Assembly: GCA_949296825.1 (NCBI GenBank)
Contig: CASFQZ010000085.1
Location: forward strand, 6,822-70,821
Reading direction: 5' to 3'
DNA: 64,000 nucleotides
DNA from: an uncultured Eubacteriales bacterium
GTDB lineage: Bacteria > Bacillota > Clostridia > Oscillospirales > Acutalibacteraceae
The position numbers were made by a program, and so were the translations under genes. The notes under the pieces are model-generated. The model was not told the origin of the DNA. It saw nothing but the letters and a program-made list of their open reading frames with translations, and searched no databases. This document shows positions 25,714 to 36,575 of the stretch, piece by piece; position 1 is the stretch's first letter, and each line of letters opens with the position of its first letter.

Positions 25714-28014
25714 TTACTCATTCCCGTCTTCGTTCGGTGTCTCGACCGGATCTTCCTCATCCGGTTCAACAACAACCGGCGCCTTCGCCACAACAAGCGT
25801 CACACGGGTATCCAGCGAATAAGCGGTTGAACCGTTGGTGGGAGACTGCGAGATCACCGAACCGGGGGAATAATCCTCAGTCTCCTGCTCCAGCACAGAA
25901 ATATTGGTAAAGCCTTCGTTTTCCAGAAGCTGGCGCGCATTGCTTAAACTCAAGCCGGTCACGGCAGGGATCGGCTTCTGCACTTCATATTGGGAAGCGT
26001 TATTGCTTGTTATCTCGTAATCCACCGGATTTTTAGTAAAATCAATGGTTCCCTCGCAAAGCAGGAACGAATCCAAGTAAACGGTGAACTCGTTATCACT
26101 GCCGGTTCCGGTAAAATCAAAGGACATGGAGCTGCCGTCCAATCGCGCCGATGTTTCAAAGGTCAGATTACCGTTAATATAAGCAGACGCTTTTGCCGTC
26201 ACCCCGGACGCGGAGGGCATTTGCACACGAACGGAAACCGTTTTCTGCTCTTCTTCGCCGGTGGAAATAACAAAATCGACGGAAGAGTCTCTTGGCACTT
26301 CCTTATCGGCATCCGGCGACTGACTCAACACCAGACCTTTGTCCTGATCTGAACCGGGAGCCTCCGACACATTGCCAACCAGAAGCCCGGCTTCCTCCAA
26401 AATTTCTCTTGCCTCCTGCTCCGTCTTACCGGTGATGGAAGGTACTTTGACCGGCGCGGATTCATCAACCGACGCTACATATAGAGTAATGGTCGATCCG
26501 TACTGCACAACGGTATTGGCGGGCGGATCGGTTCGAATGACCTGGCCCTCCTTTGCGTCTGAAGACACCTGCGGCACGACGGAAACAAGGAAGCCATAGG
26601 ATTTCAGGATTTCCTGGGCGTCGGAATATTGATAGCCGACCACATCCTCGACGGCAACGCCTTCGTCCGTGGCAACGGAAAGCCGGATGGCGGTATCCGT
26701 ACTGATGCGCTCACCGGCGTCGATGGATTGTTCGCACACAACTCCGGTCTCGTAATCGTCGCTGTAAACATAGATGGGATCTTCAAAATTCAAATCCGGA
26801 TAATCTTCCAGAACCTGTTCGTAGACCTGCCCGACCAGGTTCGGCATATCAACCGTTTCATTGGAAAATTTGGGGACGATATAAAATACAACCAGTAAAA
26901 TGATACCGACAATCAACGCCGTAAAAACGCCAATCAATACTGGGATCAGAACATTTTTCGATTTGCTTTCCTCTTCCTCTTCGTCCTCATACTCTTCGTC
27001 ATCCTGCGCAACCGGCGGCTGGCGGTACTCCTGATACTCCCGTCGGGGCGGCGCAGGATAGGCGGAATCCGCGCCGCGCCTATCATAGACATCGCTGCGG
27101 TCAACGGGCACATAAGCATTCTCAGGCGCCCCGCCTGCCGCTGGACGTGAGACCGTCGTAAAGCCGTAATCAAACTTCATGGAAGGGTTGCGCTTGAATT
27201 CATCCAGATCCAAAAGCATTTCCGATGCGGTTTGATAGCGGTTCGCTTTATCCTTCTGCATGGCGTGCAGGGTGATTTGCTCCAGCCCGATGGGAATCAT
27301 CGGATTGATATCCCGCGGGCGAACCGGCTCAGACTGCACCTGCATAAGCGCAACGGAAACCGCCGATTCGGAATCAAACGGAAGCCGGCCGGTTATCATT
27401 TCATATAAAACAACACCAACCGAATAGATATCCGCCTGCGCATCGGTCAACTCGCCGCGCGCCTGCTCCGGGCTGATATAATGAACAGAGCCGATGGCGC
27501 CGTTTTCGGTGATGGTTGTCGTTTCGCCGCGGGAAAAACGGGCAATCCCAAAATCAGCGACTTTGATATTTCCGTTTTGCAGCACCATAATATTCTGCGG
27601 TTTGATGTCCCGATGAACGATCCCCTTGTCATGGGCGTGCTGAAGCGCGCGGAGAATCTGGGTGGTAAAATGGACCGCTTCTTTCCAGCCGACAATCTTT
27701 TGCTGTTTAATGTAATCTTTTAAGGTGATGCCTTCAATATATTCCATGACAATATACTGAAGATGCTCGCTGAAAAAGACGTCGTAAACCTTGACAATAT
27801 TTGGATGAGACAGGATGGCAATCGCCTTGGATTCATTTTTGAAGCGACGGCGGAACTCTTCATTCGCAAGAAATTCTTCTTTTAAGATTTTAATGGCGAC
27901 CACGCGGTTTTCCATCGGATCAAACGCCTTATAAACAACCGCCATGCCGCCCTCGCCGAGCAGCTCGCCGACTTCGTATCGATTACCCAGTGTTTTCCCT
28001 ACATAGCTTTCCAT
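25714..28014 (-). CDS. prkC: Ser/Thr protein kinase with extracellular PASTA repeats
   Basis: Hanks kinase motifs (HRDIKPQN, DFG, SPE), one TM segment, four PASTA-like repeats, acidic tail. Confidence 0.9.
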   Translation of the reverse strand: MESYVGKTLGNRYEVGELLGEGGMAVVYKAFDPMENRVVAIKILKEEFLANEEFRRRFKNESKAIAILSHPNIVKVYDVFFSEHLQYIVMEYIEGITLKDYIKQQKIVGWKEAVHFTTQILRALQHAHDKGIVHRDIKPQNIMVLQNGNIKVADFGIARFSRGETTTITENGAIGSVHYISPEQARGELTDAQADIYSVGVVLYEMITGRLPFDSESAVSVALMQVQSEPVRPRDINPMIPIGLEQITLHAMQKDKANRYQTASEMLLDLDEFKRNPSMKFDYGFTTVSRPAAGGAPENAYVPVDRSDVYDRRGADSAYPAPPRREYQEYRQPPVAQDDEEYEDEEEEESKSKNVLIPVLIGVFTALIVGIILLVVFYIVPKFSNETVDMPNLVGQVYEQVLEDYPDLNFEDPIYVYSDDYETGVVCEQSIDAGERISTDTAIRLSVATDEGVAVEDVVGYQYSDAQEILKSYGFLVSVVPQVSSDAKEGQVIRTDPPANTVVQYGSTITLYVASVDESAPVKVPSITGKTEQEAREILEEAGLLVGNVSEAPGSDQDKGLVLSQSPDADKEVPRDSSVDFVISTGEEEQKTVSVRVQMPSASGVTAKASAYINGNLTFETSARLDGSSMSFDFTGTGSDNEFTVYLDSFLLCEGTIDFTKNPVDYEITSNNASQYEVQKPIPAVTGLSLSNARQLLENEGFTNISVLEQETEDYSPGSVISQSPTNGSTAYSLDTRVTLVVAKAPVVVEPDEEDPVETPNEDGNE

Positions 28015-28028
28015 ACGCGTCCTCCTTT

Positions 28029-28751
28029 TTACACCTTCAAAATCACAGCGGTAATATTATCGCCGCCGCCGTTTTCGTTCGCAGCGTCAATCAGCGCTTC
28101 GGCAGCTGCGTCAAACTCGTTGTTCAGTAGAATCTCAACCATTTTTTCTTTTGGAACACAGTTAGACAAACCGTCGGAACACAACAGAATCATATCGCCC
28201 TCCAGCGCATCCAACCGGTCCGTATCAATATCAACTTGCTCTTCTGTGCCAAGGGCACGGGTAATAATATTTTTATAGGCGTGCGTTTGCGCCTGTTCCT
28301 CGCTGATATAACCGTCATCCACCAGCATCTGCACCATGGAATGGTCCTTTGTCAGTTGGGAAAGCACACCGTCGCGCAAAAGATACGCGCGGCTGTCACC
28401 GGCGTGAATCAGATAAATCTGCGACGACATCACCGTGCAGGCAACAATAGTTGTTCCCATGCCGTGAAGCTCAGGATTCAGCAGAGCCAGGCTGTATACT
28501 GCACTGTTAGCCTTTTGCGCCGCACTGACCATTTTTTCATCGATCGGCTGCCCGCCATCTGCTTCACACAATTCCGTAAAAACGGAGGAAAAAACCTCCG
28601 CCGCCGTTGTACCAGCGATCCGTCCGCCGGCGGCGCCGCCCATTCCATCACAAACCACGCCAAATATACCGCCAGTCAACTGGCCGACAGCAAAGGCATC
28701 CTGATTTTCATTTCGTGATTTTCCGATATCGGTTTTTGCACAAATGAGCAA
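28029..28751 (-). CDS. stp: PP2C-family Ser/Thr phosphatase
   Basis: TDIGKSRNENQD, DGMGG and CSDGL motifs. TTG 28751 after GAAGGGAG gives MLICAKTDIG. GTG 28808 is the longer alternative. Confidence 0.85.
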   Translation of the reverse strand: MLICAKTDIGKSRNENQDAFAVGQLTGGIFGVVCDGMGGAAGGRIAGTTAAEVFSSVFTELCEADGGQPIDEKMVSAAQKANSAVYSLALLNPELHGMGTTIVACTVMSSQIYLIHAGDSRAYLLRDGVLSQLTKDHSMVQMLVDDGYISEEQAQTHAYKNIITRALGTEEQVDIDTDRLDALEGDMILLCSDGLSNCVPKEKMVEILLNNEFDAAAEALIDAANENGGGDNITAVILKV

Positions 28752-28777
28752 AGCAAATTCGCTCCCTTCCCAACTTT

Positions 28778-29806
28778 TTATCGAATTGTTTTTCGCAGCT
28801 GCCCGCACGAAGCGTTAATATCTGCGCCGAGCGTGCGGCGAATCGTGGCGTTCACGCCGTTCCGCTGCAAGACCGCCTGAAAATTCCGCACATGCGTCTG
28901 GTCCACCGTTTTCATTCCCGTTTCGCTTACTTCATTTACAGGGATCAGGTTAACATGACAGAGCATACCGCCGAGCAGTGCCGCCAGACGCTTTGCATCC
29001 TGCGCGGAATCATTTTGACCGCGCACCAGGGTATATTCAAAAGAGACCCTTCTGCCGGTCGTTTCAATATAATACCGAACCGCCTGCAAAAGCGCTCGAA
29101 TCTGCCAACGTTTATTGACCGGCATCAATCGACTGCGCTGCGCATCCTCCGCCGCGTGCAACGAAACAGAAAGCGTTACGCCCAATTTCTCGTTTGCCAA
29201 ATCATAAATTCTCGGAACGATGCCGCAGGTAGAAACAGATAAATTTCGCGCACTGATATTCAATCCGTTTTCATCGCTGATCATATGAAGGAATCGAAGC
29301 GTCTGCTCATAATTATCCAGCGGCTCGCCCATGCCCATCATAACCACATGAGAGATTCGAATGCCAAGATCCCGCTGCGCGGCATAAACCTGACCGAGAA
29401 TTTCCGAGGCGGAGAGACTGCGCACACAACCACCAATGGTTGACGCGCAAAAGGCGCAGCCCATATTGCATCCCACCTGAGAGGAAACACAGATGGAGTA
29501 TCCGTATTTATACGCCATTACAACCGATTCAACAAATTCACCATCATAAAGGCGAAATAAATACTTTACAGTGTTATCATAGCAAGAAACCAATTTCTTT
29601 TCAATACCACAAGAAAAAATTACAAAATTGTCATATAATTGTGCGCGCAGTTCCTTGGACAAATTTGTCATTTCATCGAAGTTGACCGCGCCTTTTTTAT
29701 GTATCCACTGATAAATCTGCTGCGCCCGATATTTCGGCAGTCCCAGCGCGGTGATTGCCTGCGTCAGCTCCGATAGATTCAGCGAAGCGATATCCACTTT
29801 AGCCAT
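28778..29806 (-). CDS. rlmN: 23S rRNA (adenine2503-C2)-methyltransferase, radical SAM
   Basis: CNMGCAFC cluster and conserved C-terminal Cys (ASCGQL). Confidence 0.9.
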   Translation of the reverse strand: MAKVDIASLNLSELTQAITALGLPKYRAQQIYQWIHKKGAVNFDEMTNLSKELRAQLYDNFVIFSCGIEKKLVSCYDNTVKYLFRLYDGEFVESVVMAYKYGYSICVSSQVGCNMGCAFCASTIGGCVRSLSASEILGQVYAAQRDLGIRISHVVMMGMGEPLDNYEQTLRFLHMISDENGLNISARNLSVSTCGIVPRIYDLANEKLGVTLSVSLHAAEDAQRSRLMPVNKRWQIRALLQAVRYYIETTGRRVSFEYTLVRGQNDSAQDAKRLAALLGGMLCHVNLIPVNEVSETGMKTVDQTHVRNFQAVLQRNGVNATIRRTLGADINASCGQLRKTIR

Positions 29807-31118
29807 ATAAACTCCTTATCAACGGTGCAATAAAAAATGCGTCGCAATCATCCTCCGGGGGAGACAGACGCAAACCGTACGCCCCGCGTCTGCCCATAGA
29901 CGTAAACGAAAGCTCCCCAAGCGTAAACGCAGGATTCTCCCGTAAAAAAGCGCGGACGATTTCCTCATTTTCCTCTTTTGCTACCGTGCAGGTTGAATAA
30001 ATCAGCCGTCCGCCGGGCTTGACCAGAGCGGCAGACCGGGCAAGAATTTCCGCCTGCAGTGCGGGAAGCGATCGCCATGCTGTCAGATCGCGGTATTTAA
30101 TCTCCGGTTTTTTGCGAATGACCCCCATTCCCGAACATGGAACATCACACAAAACACGGTCAAAGGCCTCACGCAATTCGTCATCTGACGCGGCATTGCG
30201 CAAACGGGCTGACAAATTGGTTAAGCCAAGCCGCTGTGCGCCTTTTTCGATCAATTCGATTTTATGGTCATAAATATCGCAGGATAAAACACTGCCGGTT
30301 TTTCCAACTTCTTCCGAAATCGTAAAGGATTTCCCCCCGGGCGCAGCGCAGACGTCCAGAACCGACTGTCCTGGCTTTGCCGCCAATGCCAGGCAGCAAA
30401 GCTGCGAAGAAAGATCCTGGATATGGAACCAGCCGCGCTGAAAAGCCTCTGTTCTCATAAAGGCTGCACTGCCGGAAAAGTAAAAGGCTTCGGGTAAAAC
30501 CTCGCTGCGGCAGATATCTATGTCCTCCGCCGCCAAGGACCGGCGCAGCCGGTCAAAGTCCGTGCGGACGGTGTTCACCCTGCCATAGATTTTCGGTCTT
30601 TCAAGAGATGCCGACAGAAAGGCTTCGGTTTTATCGCCATAAACCGGACGAAGCAAAGCAATAAATTCCGGCGGACAGGAATAGCGAACAGAAAGATATT
30701 CCGGCGCCTCCTTTTCCGGCAGCAGCAGCCCTGAAACCGCCGCTTTGCGCAAAATTGCATTGACCAGCCCGCACGCATGGGAGAACCCACGGCGTTTTGT
30801 CAGCTCGACATATTCATTCACGGAAGCGCGCGCCGGAATCCCGTCGCAAAACAGAATTTCATACAGCCCCATTCGTAAAATCACACGAACCGGCGGCTTG
30901 ATTCTGATTTTTGAAGATGTAAGATGGGCGCGGATCTGATAATCCAGCGTCATTTTACGTTCAATGACACCATCCGTAATTTTTTTGATCCGCGCGCCGT
31001 CCCGCAGGTCTTCCATTGGCACGAAAAGAGCCCGATCCAGGGCAAGATTGGAATATGCTTTCCGCTGCTCTATGGAATAAAGCACATCAAATGCCGCTTC
31101 ACGGGCGTTTCGTTTCAT
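29799..31118 (-). CDS. rsmB: 16S rRNA (cytosine967-C5)-methyltransferase
   Basis: NusB-like N-terminus, SAM motif DVCAAPGGK, catalytic DVPCSG and STCT. Confidence 0.9.
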   Translation of the reverse strand: MKRNAREAAFDVLYSIEQRKAYSNLALDRALFVPMEDLRDGARIKKITDGVIERKMTLDYQIRAHLTSSKIRIKPPVRVILRMGLYEILFCDGIPARASVNEYVELTKRRGFSHACGLVNAILRKAAVSGLLLPEKEAPEYLSVRYSCPPEFIALLRPVYGDKTEAFLSASLERPKIYGRVNTVRTDFDRLRRSLAAEDIDICRSEVLPEAFYFSGSAAFMRTEAFQRGWFHIQDLSSQLCCLALAAKPGQSVLDVCAAPGGKSFTISEEVGKTGSVLSCDIYDHKIELIEKGAQRLGLTNLSARLRNAASDDELREAFDRVLCDVPCSGMGVIRKKPEIKYRDLTAWRSLPALQAEILARSAALVKPGGRLIYSTCTVAKEENEEIVRAFLRENPAFTLGELSFTSMGRRGAYGLRLSPPEDDCDAFFIAPLIRSLYG

Positions 31119-31131
31119 AGAATTCTCCTTT

Positions 31132-31848
31132 TTAATCTCGTCTTCCTCTGCTGGTAAAGATCAGCACCAATCGCAAAAGATTGGCAAGAGAAGTTGCAAG
31201 GGCGGCAACGTAGGTCATGGCGGCAGCCGTCAAAACCTTTTTTGCGCCTGCCATTTCTTCCTGGGAAGGCAAAAGTCCCTCCTGCTCAATCACGGCAAGA
31301 GCGCGGCGGCTGGCGTTCAACTCAACCGGCAAGGTAACCAGCTGGAATATCATAATCAGCGAATACAGCGCCAGACCAACATAAATCAGCGGCTCCATGC
31401 TCATATAATAACCGATCAGAGCCAGAGGAATGCCGACCCAGGAGGCAACATTGCAGACCGGAACAATGGCGTTTCGGATTTTTATGGGCACATATCCCTG
31501 GGCGTGCTGCGCGGCGTGTCCGGCCTCATGGGCTGCAATGCCGACGGCGGCGACGGTACAGGATTGAAACACTCCGTCCGACAGGCGAATCACCTTGCTG
31601 CGCGGGTCAAAATGATCGGACAATTTACCGTTCACCCGTTCAATGGAAACATCCCGGATCCCATAGTGAAGCAAAACCGCGCGCGCCGCCATTTCCCCGG
31701 TCAGACCGGTGGAATTTAATTTCTGCGACATTTTTTTATAAACCGATTTCACGCGAATCTGCGCAACCACCGACAGGATCAGCGCCGGTACAACCAGCAG
31801 AATATAGTAAATGTCAATCCCATAATAAAATCTCGGCATATCCATCAT
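31132..31848 (-). CDS. Membrane zinc metallopeptidase (YugP-like)
   Basis: HEAGHAAQHA motif flanked by TM segments. ATG 31839 is an alternative start. Confidence 0.8.
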   Translation of the reverse strand: MMDMPRFYYGIDIYYILLVVPALILSVVAQIRVKSVYKKMSQKLNSTGLTGEMAARAVLLHYGIRDVSIERVNGKLSDHFDPRSKVIRLSDGVFQSCTVAAVGIAAHEAGHAAQHAQGYVPIKIRNAIVPVCNVASWVGIPLALIGYYMSMEPLIYVGLALYSLIMIFQLVTLPVELNASRRALAVIEQEGLLPSQEEMAGAKKVLTAAAMTYVAALATSLANLLRLVLIFTSRGRRD

Positions 31849-31866
31849 CCTTTCATTGCGAATCCA

Positions 31867-32772
31867 TTACAAGGAATGGCCGTTGACATAGGCGTTATCC
31901 GTCATTCGCCTGCTCCCCTCTGCCTGAAGCTCCGTGATATGCAGAACCCCGTCCGCGCAAGAAACATACAGCTTCCCGTTCTGTGCAAACAGCGTGCCGG
32001 CGGGCAGGTCGGAAGACAATGACGAGGCTTCACAGGAAAAAATCTTTATTTTTTTTCCATGGTGAACGGTATAAGCACATGGCCACGGGTTACAGCCCCG
32101 CACCTGGCTTTGGATGCGACAGGACGGCAGCGAGAAATCCAAAAGTCCGTCTTCCTTTGTGAGCATGGCTGCGTAGGTTGCCCCCTCCTCCGGCTGAGAC
32201 ACAGGCTGAATGCTTCCCTCCTGCAAACCGTACAACGTTTTCATCAAAAGGGCGGGCGCAATACTTGCCAGACGGTCAAACAGTTCTCCTGCCGTCTCAG
32301 ACTCGCCGATAGGCGTTTCCTCCGTCAGCAGGATGTCCCCCGTATCGACCCCTTCATCCATCCGCATTGTGGTGATCCCCGTAACTTTCTCACCGTTTAT
32401 CACCGCCCGTTGAATCGGCGCAGCGCCGCGGTATTTTGGAAGCAGGGAGCCGTGGACGTTAACACAGGCAATTTTAGGGATATCCAAAATGCGCCTTGGC
32501 AAAATTTTTCCATAGGCAATCACGACAAAAAAATCCGGCGCGAGGGAAGATAAAAAAGAAAACGCTTCCTCATCTTTTAGGGTCTTTGGCTGATAAACAG
32601 GCAATCCGTTTTTTTCCGCCAGCACCTTCACCGGCGGCGGCGTTAAAATCTGTTTTCTCCCAACCGGTTTATCCGGCTGCGTAACCACACAGGGGATTTC
32701 TACCTGCGAAGCCAGCAATTCAGCAAGACAGGGAACGGCAAAGTCCGGCGTTCCCATAAACACGACACGCAT
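31867..32772 (-). CDS. fmt: Methionyl-tRNA formyltransferase
   Basis: MRVVFMGTPDFAVP... and HGSLLPKYRGAAPI motifs. Confidence 0.95.
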   Translation of the reverse strand: MRVVFMGTPDFAVPCLAELLASQVEIPCVVTQPDKPVGRKQILTPPPVKVLAEKNGLPVYQPKTLKDEEAFSFLSSLAPDFFVVIAYGKILPRRILDIPKIACVNVHGSLLPKYRGAAPIQRAVINGEKVTGITTMRMDEGVDTGDILLTEETPIGESETAGELFDRLASIAPALLMKTLYGLQEGSIQPVSQPEEGATYAAMLTKEDGLLDFSLPSCRIQSQVRGCNPWPCAYTVHHGKKIKIFSCEASSLSSDLPAGTLFAQNGKLYVSCADGVLHITELQAEGSRRMTDNAYVNGHSL

Positions 32773-32788
32773 CGGCAGTCCTCCCTTA

Positions 32789-33253
32789 TTATTTACTGCG
32801 TTCCAGCTTTTCGCCGGGCGCTAATTTCTGTTTAAATAAAATGCCATCCAGATGATCCAGCTCATGACAGAAGCAGCGGGCTTTTAAGCCGTCACCCTGA
32901 TACAAACACCAATTGCCCTCTCGATTTTGCGCGCGGACACGTACCCGCGCCGGGCGCAGGGTAACACCAACGACGCCGGGCACCGACAGGCAGCCCTCCG
33001 CCTCCTTCTGTTCCCCTTCACAGGACACGATTTCCGGATTGATCAGCTCGATCAACCCATCCCCGCAGTCCACAACGACAACACGCCGCAGTACGCCAAC
33101 CTGAACGGCAGCAAGGCCGCAGCCCTCCGCCTGATACAGCGTATCTCTCATATCATCCAAAAGCTGAAAAAGTCTTTCGTCAAAATCAGCAACGGGACGA
33201 CTGGTTTTGGATAAGATTGCGTCGCCGTCAACACGAATATTACGAATAGCCAT
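32789..33253 (-). CDS. def: Peptide deformylase
   Basis: GLAAVQVG, EGCLSVPG and HELDHLDG motifs. Confidence 0.95.
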   Translation of the reverse strand: MAIRNIRVDGDAILSKTSRPVADFDERLFQLLDDMRDTLYQAEGCGLAAVQVGVLRRVVVVDCGDGLIELINPEIVSCEGEQKEAEGCLSVPGVVGVTLRPARVRVRAQNREGNWCLYQGDGLKARCFCHELDHLDGILFKQKLAPGEKLERSK

Positions 33254-33281
33254 AGTATTTTCCCTCGATTATCATAGAATA

Positions 33282-35762
33282 TCAGAACATACTCGCCGGA
33301 TTTATATCCACAAAGCATTTGACCTGTTTATATTGTTTGTTTTTTGCAAAGTCGGACAGAAGCTGCCGGATCATTGCGCGCAGGCGTTTGGAATTTCTGC
33401 ATTTCAGCAGCAGCTTAAAGCGATACTGATTGCCCATTTTGCGAATAACAGACGGATTCGGACCAATTACAATCAGATTTTGATCGGAATAATCCGACAA
33501 GGCAGCTTCTTTCAGCAGCGATAGAAATTCATTTGCCGCACTTTTTGCCGCCTGCTCGCTCTCACTGAGAAAGCCTACCATACATATATCACAAAAAGGA
33601 GGATAAATCATTGCTTTTCTGTTAGCAATCTCGGAATCGAAAAATTTTTGATAATCCTGCTGCGCCGCGAAACGAATCACTTCATTGTCCGGCGAAAGAG
33701 TCTGGATGACAGCGATCCCCTGCTCCCTGCGCCTACCCGCCCTGCCAATTACCTGAGTCAATAAATCAAAGGCTTTTTCCGCACTGCGGTAGTCATCACG
33801 AAACAACCCAAGATCCGCTGAAAGCACGCCGACCAGCGTTACATCGGGGAAATCCAGCCCCTTGGCGACCATCTGTGTGCCAATCATAATATCATATTTT
33901 CCGTCCGAAAAATCGCGCAGTTTATGCTCATAAGCGTTCTTTGCCATTGTGGTATCCGCATCCATTCGCAAAACCCGCGCCTCGGGAAGCATCTGATGCA
34001 GCTCCTCTTCAATCCGCTGCGTTCCGCAGCCGGAGTAACGAACCGTTTGCTTACCGCAAACCGGGCAGGTTTCCATCACCGGCTCGGAATAACCGCAATA
34101 ATGGCACATCAGCCGATGATTCGCCTGATGATAGGTCAGCGAAATGCTGCACGAAGGACAGGTGATGGCTGTTTTGCAGGAAGAACAGGCGACAAAAGTA
34201 TGATACCCCCGCCGATTCATTAAAAGGATGGATTGCTTGCGCGCTGTCAGATTTTCAGCAAGAAGCTGCGCGAGTTTTTCGCTGATCAGACAGGATCTCT
34301 CATCACATCCGTTGCTGACATCAACGATCTCAACCTGCGGGAGCGAAACACTGCCGTATCGATGCCTCAAAGATAAAAGCTCATACCTACCGCCTTTGGC
34401 ATAAGCATAAGTCTCGACGGAGGGCGTAGCGGAAGCCAGAAGCAGCAGCGCGTGATCGCGATTGCAAAGATATTTCGCAACCTCTGCCGCATGATATCGC
34501 GGCGCACGCTCCGATTTATATGTATGCTCCTGTTCCTCATCCAGAATAATCAGATCGACCCTGGGAAAAGGCGCGAAGACAGCGCTTCTTGTCCCAATCG
34601 CAATGGCGGCATCGCCCCTTCTGACCCGGCGCCACTCATCCACCCGTTCGCCGGCGGATAAGCCGCTGTGAAAGACCGCGACCTTTTTACCATATCGCTT
34701 ATAAAACAGGGCAAGCGTCTGCGGCGTCAGGGAAATCTCCGGAACCATCACAATGACATTACCGCCAGAATCAATCACCTGATCAATCAGACAGGTATAT
34801 ACGCTTGTCTTGCCGCTGCCGGTCACTCCGAACAATAAGGAGCAGGAAGCTCTTTGCTCCGCAAGATGTGACTTCAGGCGCGCAAAAACCTTCTGTTGCT
34901 CCCCGGTCAAAACAATGGGCTGCCGGTCGCCGTTGCTCCGGTTCGCGCCGAAGGGCAGCCGATCCAGCCGCTCATCTCGCAAGGACAGCGCTCCTTTGTT
35001 CTCCAAAGCAAAAACAACCGATGCGGAGACGCCCGTATAATAGCAAAGCTCATTAACGGAGGCGCTGCCTAAATCGATCAGCGTGTCCATCACCAGCTTT
35101 TGCTTCGCGGTCAGCGCGATGTGTTCTCCGAAAGACGCTGCCGGCTCCGCCATGCGGGTTGTTTTCCCGTGAAGACGGGAATAAGACTGGACATTGGTCA
35201 TCAGCAAGCCTTTCGCGGTCATATCCTTCAGCAGGGCAGGATTGGCTCTGTCGCCTGCTTTTTTTGCGATCCACTCGACGGTGCAAAATCCGTTTTTGTC
35301 GGAAAGCAGGCGGAGTATCTCACGGCGAATGCCGTCCTCCCTTGCTATGCGGTCGGGCGGCAGATCCGGCGATATGGCATATAAAATTTTCGCGTCCATA
35401 CATAGCCCGGCAGGCAATTGAACTTTCGCCGCTTCGTATGGTGTACAGAAGGTACGCTCACTTAACCACATCGCCAAAGAGACCGCATTTTCATCCAAAA
35501 GCGGCTCCTCGTCGCAAAGCCGTGTGATATATTTATATTTCACATGATTTTTTGACGAATCTATCGGAAGCAGCGAAAAGACAAACCCCTGTCTTTGCTT
35601 TTTTCCGTTCCCAAATGGAATAAGAACCCTATACCCGATTTGCAGCCGATTCTGCATCGAATCAGGTATAAGGTAATCGTACAGCCGATCGGACGCCACG
35701 CCGGCGCCCTCTACGGCGATTCGCGCAATATGATATGACGAAGATGTCTCAGTCTTTTCCAT
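33282..35762 (-). CDS. priA: Primosomal replication restart helicase PriA
   Basis: Walker A GVTGSGKT, ILDEEQEH box, Cys-rich Zn insertion (CSSC...CPSC...CHYC...CPVC). ATG 35762 (MEKTETSS) is chosen; the longer track ORF would overlap rpoZ. Confidence 0.9.
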   Translation of the reverse strand: MEKTETSSSYHIARIAVEGAGVASDRLYDYLIPDSMQNRLQIGYRVLIPFGNGKKQRQGFVFSLLPIDSSKNHVKYKYITRLCDEEPLLDENAVSLAMWLSERTFCTPYEAAKVQLPAGLCMDAKILYAISPDLPPDRIAREDGIRREILRLLSDKNGFCTVEWIAKKAGDRANPALLKDMTAKGLLMTNVQSYSRLHGKTTRMAEPAASFGEHIALTAKQKLVMDTLIDLGSASVNELCYYTGVSASVVFALENKGALSLRDERLDRLPFGANRSNGDRQPIVLTGEQQKVFARLKSHLAEQRASCSLLFGVTGSGKTSVYTCLIDQVIDSGGNVIVMVPEISLTPQTLALFYKRYGKKVAVFHSGLSAGERVDEWRRVRRGDAAIAIGTRSAVFAPFPRVDLIILDEEQEHTYKSERAPRYHAAEVAKYLCNRDHALLLLASATPSVETYAYAKGGRYELLSLRHRYGSVSLPQVEIVDVSNGCDERSCLISEKLAQLLAENLTARKQSILLMNRRGYHTFVACSSCKTAITCPSCSISLTYHQANHRLMCHYCGYSEPVMETCPVCGKQTVRYSGCGTQRIEEELHQMLPEARVLRMDADTTMAKNAYEHKLRDFSDGKYDIMIGTQMVAKGLDFPDVTLVGVLSADLGLFRDDYRSAEKAFDLLTQVIGRAGRRREQGIAVIQTLSPDNEVIRFAAQQDYQKFFDSEIANRKAMIYPPFCDICMVGFLSESEQAAKSAANEFLSLLKEAALSDYSDQNLIVIGPNPSVIRKMGNQYRFKLLLKCRNSKRLRAMIRQLLSDFAKNKQYKQVKCFVDINPASMF

Positions 35763-35970
35763 CCTTTTTTCTAATCTCATCCGGCTCAACAATACGATAT
35801 TCACGGGAAAGAAGCTCGTCGATAGCAAGGCTGATCGGCTTTTCCTCCATGATCTCCCCCGCTTCCGCAGCTTCATCAACAATTTCACGGGCACGCTTTG
35901 CCGTGGCGGTAACAAGCGAATATCTGCTGATATTTCCTCTCAAAAGCAGCCTCAAATCAGGATTCATCAT
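35749..35970 (-). CDS. rpoZ: DNA-directed RNA polymerase subunit omega
   Basis: About 73 aa. Contains RYSLVTATAKRAREI. Sits between gmk and priA as in Firmicutes. Confidence 0.85.
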   Translation of the reverse strand: MMNPDLRLLLRGNISRYSLVTATAKRAREIVDEAAEAGEIMEEKPISLAIDELLSREYRIVEPDEIRKKDGKD

Positions 35971-35975
35971 ATGTC

Positions 35976-36575
35976 TCAAAACCTTTCTTCATCAGAGTGC
36001 GCCGCAGCAGCATATACCTTAATAATATCATAAATGGTGCAGACGGCTTTATCCAAATCATCGTTTACTACAACATGCTTATAAATACGGCTTTTTTCCA
36101 TTTCGTCAGCGGCAATGGCGAGACGCTTGCGAATGGTCTGTTCATCATCGGTCCCGCGGTGGCGCAGCCGTTCTTCAAGGATACCGGTGGATGGCGGCAT
36201 CAGAAAAATAGAGAGCGCATCCGGAAATTTGGAAATAATATTGGCGGCGCCTTTGACCTCGATCACCAGAACGACAACATTGCCCAGATTGATCTCGCGC
36301 TCGACCTCGGATTTTAACGTGCCGTAATAATTATCATCATACTGCACATATTCGATAAAATCACCGTTCTCGATTTTTTCCTCAAAAGCGTCTTTGGTCA
36401 GAAAATAATAGCTTTCGCCTTCCTTTTCGTCGCTTCGAGGTTTCCTTGTCGTAGCGGAAACCGACGGTTTGATGCGGCTGTCCATTTCCAGCAGCCGGTT
36501 CAGCACCGTATCCTTACCACAGCCCGAAGGACCGGATAAAACGACCATAACGCCTTTTGCATCAGTTGATTTCAT
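35976..36575 (-). CDS. gmk: Guanylate kinase
   Basis: P-loop [12 protein letters not shown] 36575 follows GGAGAA. Confidence 0.9.
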   Translation of the reverse strand: MKSTDAKGVMVVLSGPSGCGKDTVLNRLLEMDSRIKPSVSATTRKPRSDEKEGESYYFLTKDAFEEKIENGDFIEYVQYDDNYYGTLKSEVEREINLGNVVVLVIEVKGAANIISKFPDALSIFLMPPSTGILEERLRHRGTDDEQTIRKRLAIAADEMEKSRIYKHVVVNDDLDKAVCTIYDIIKVYAAAAHSDEERF

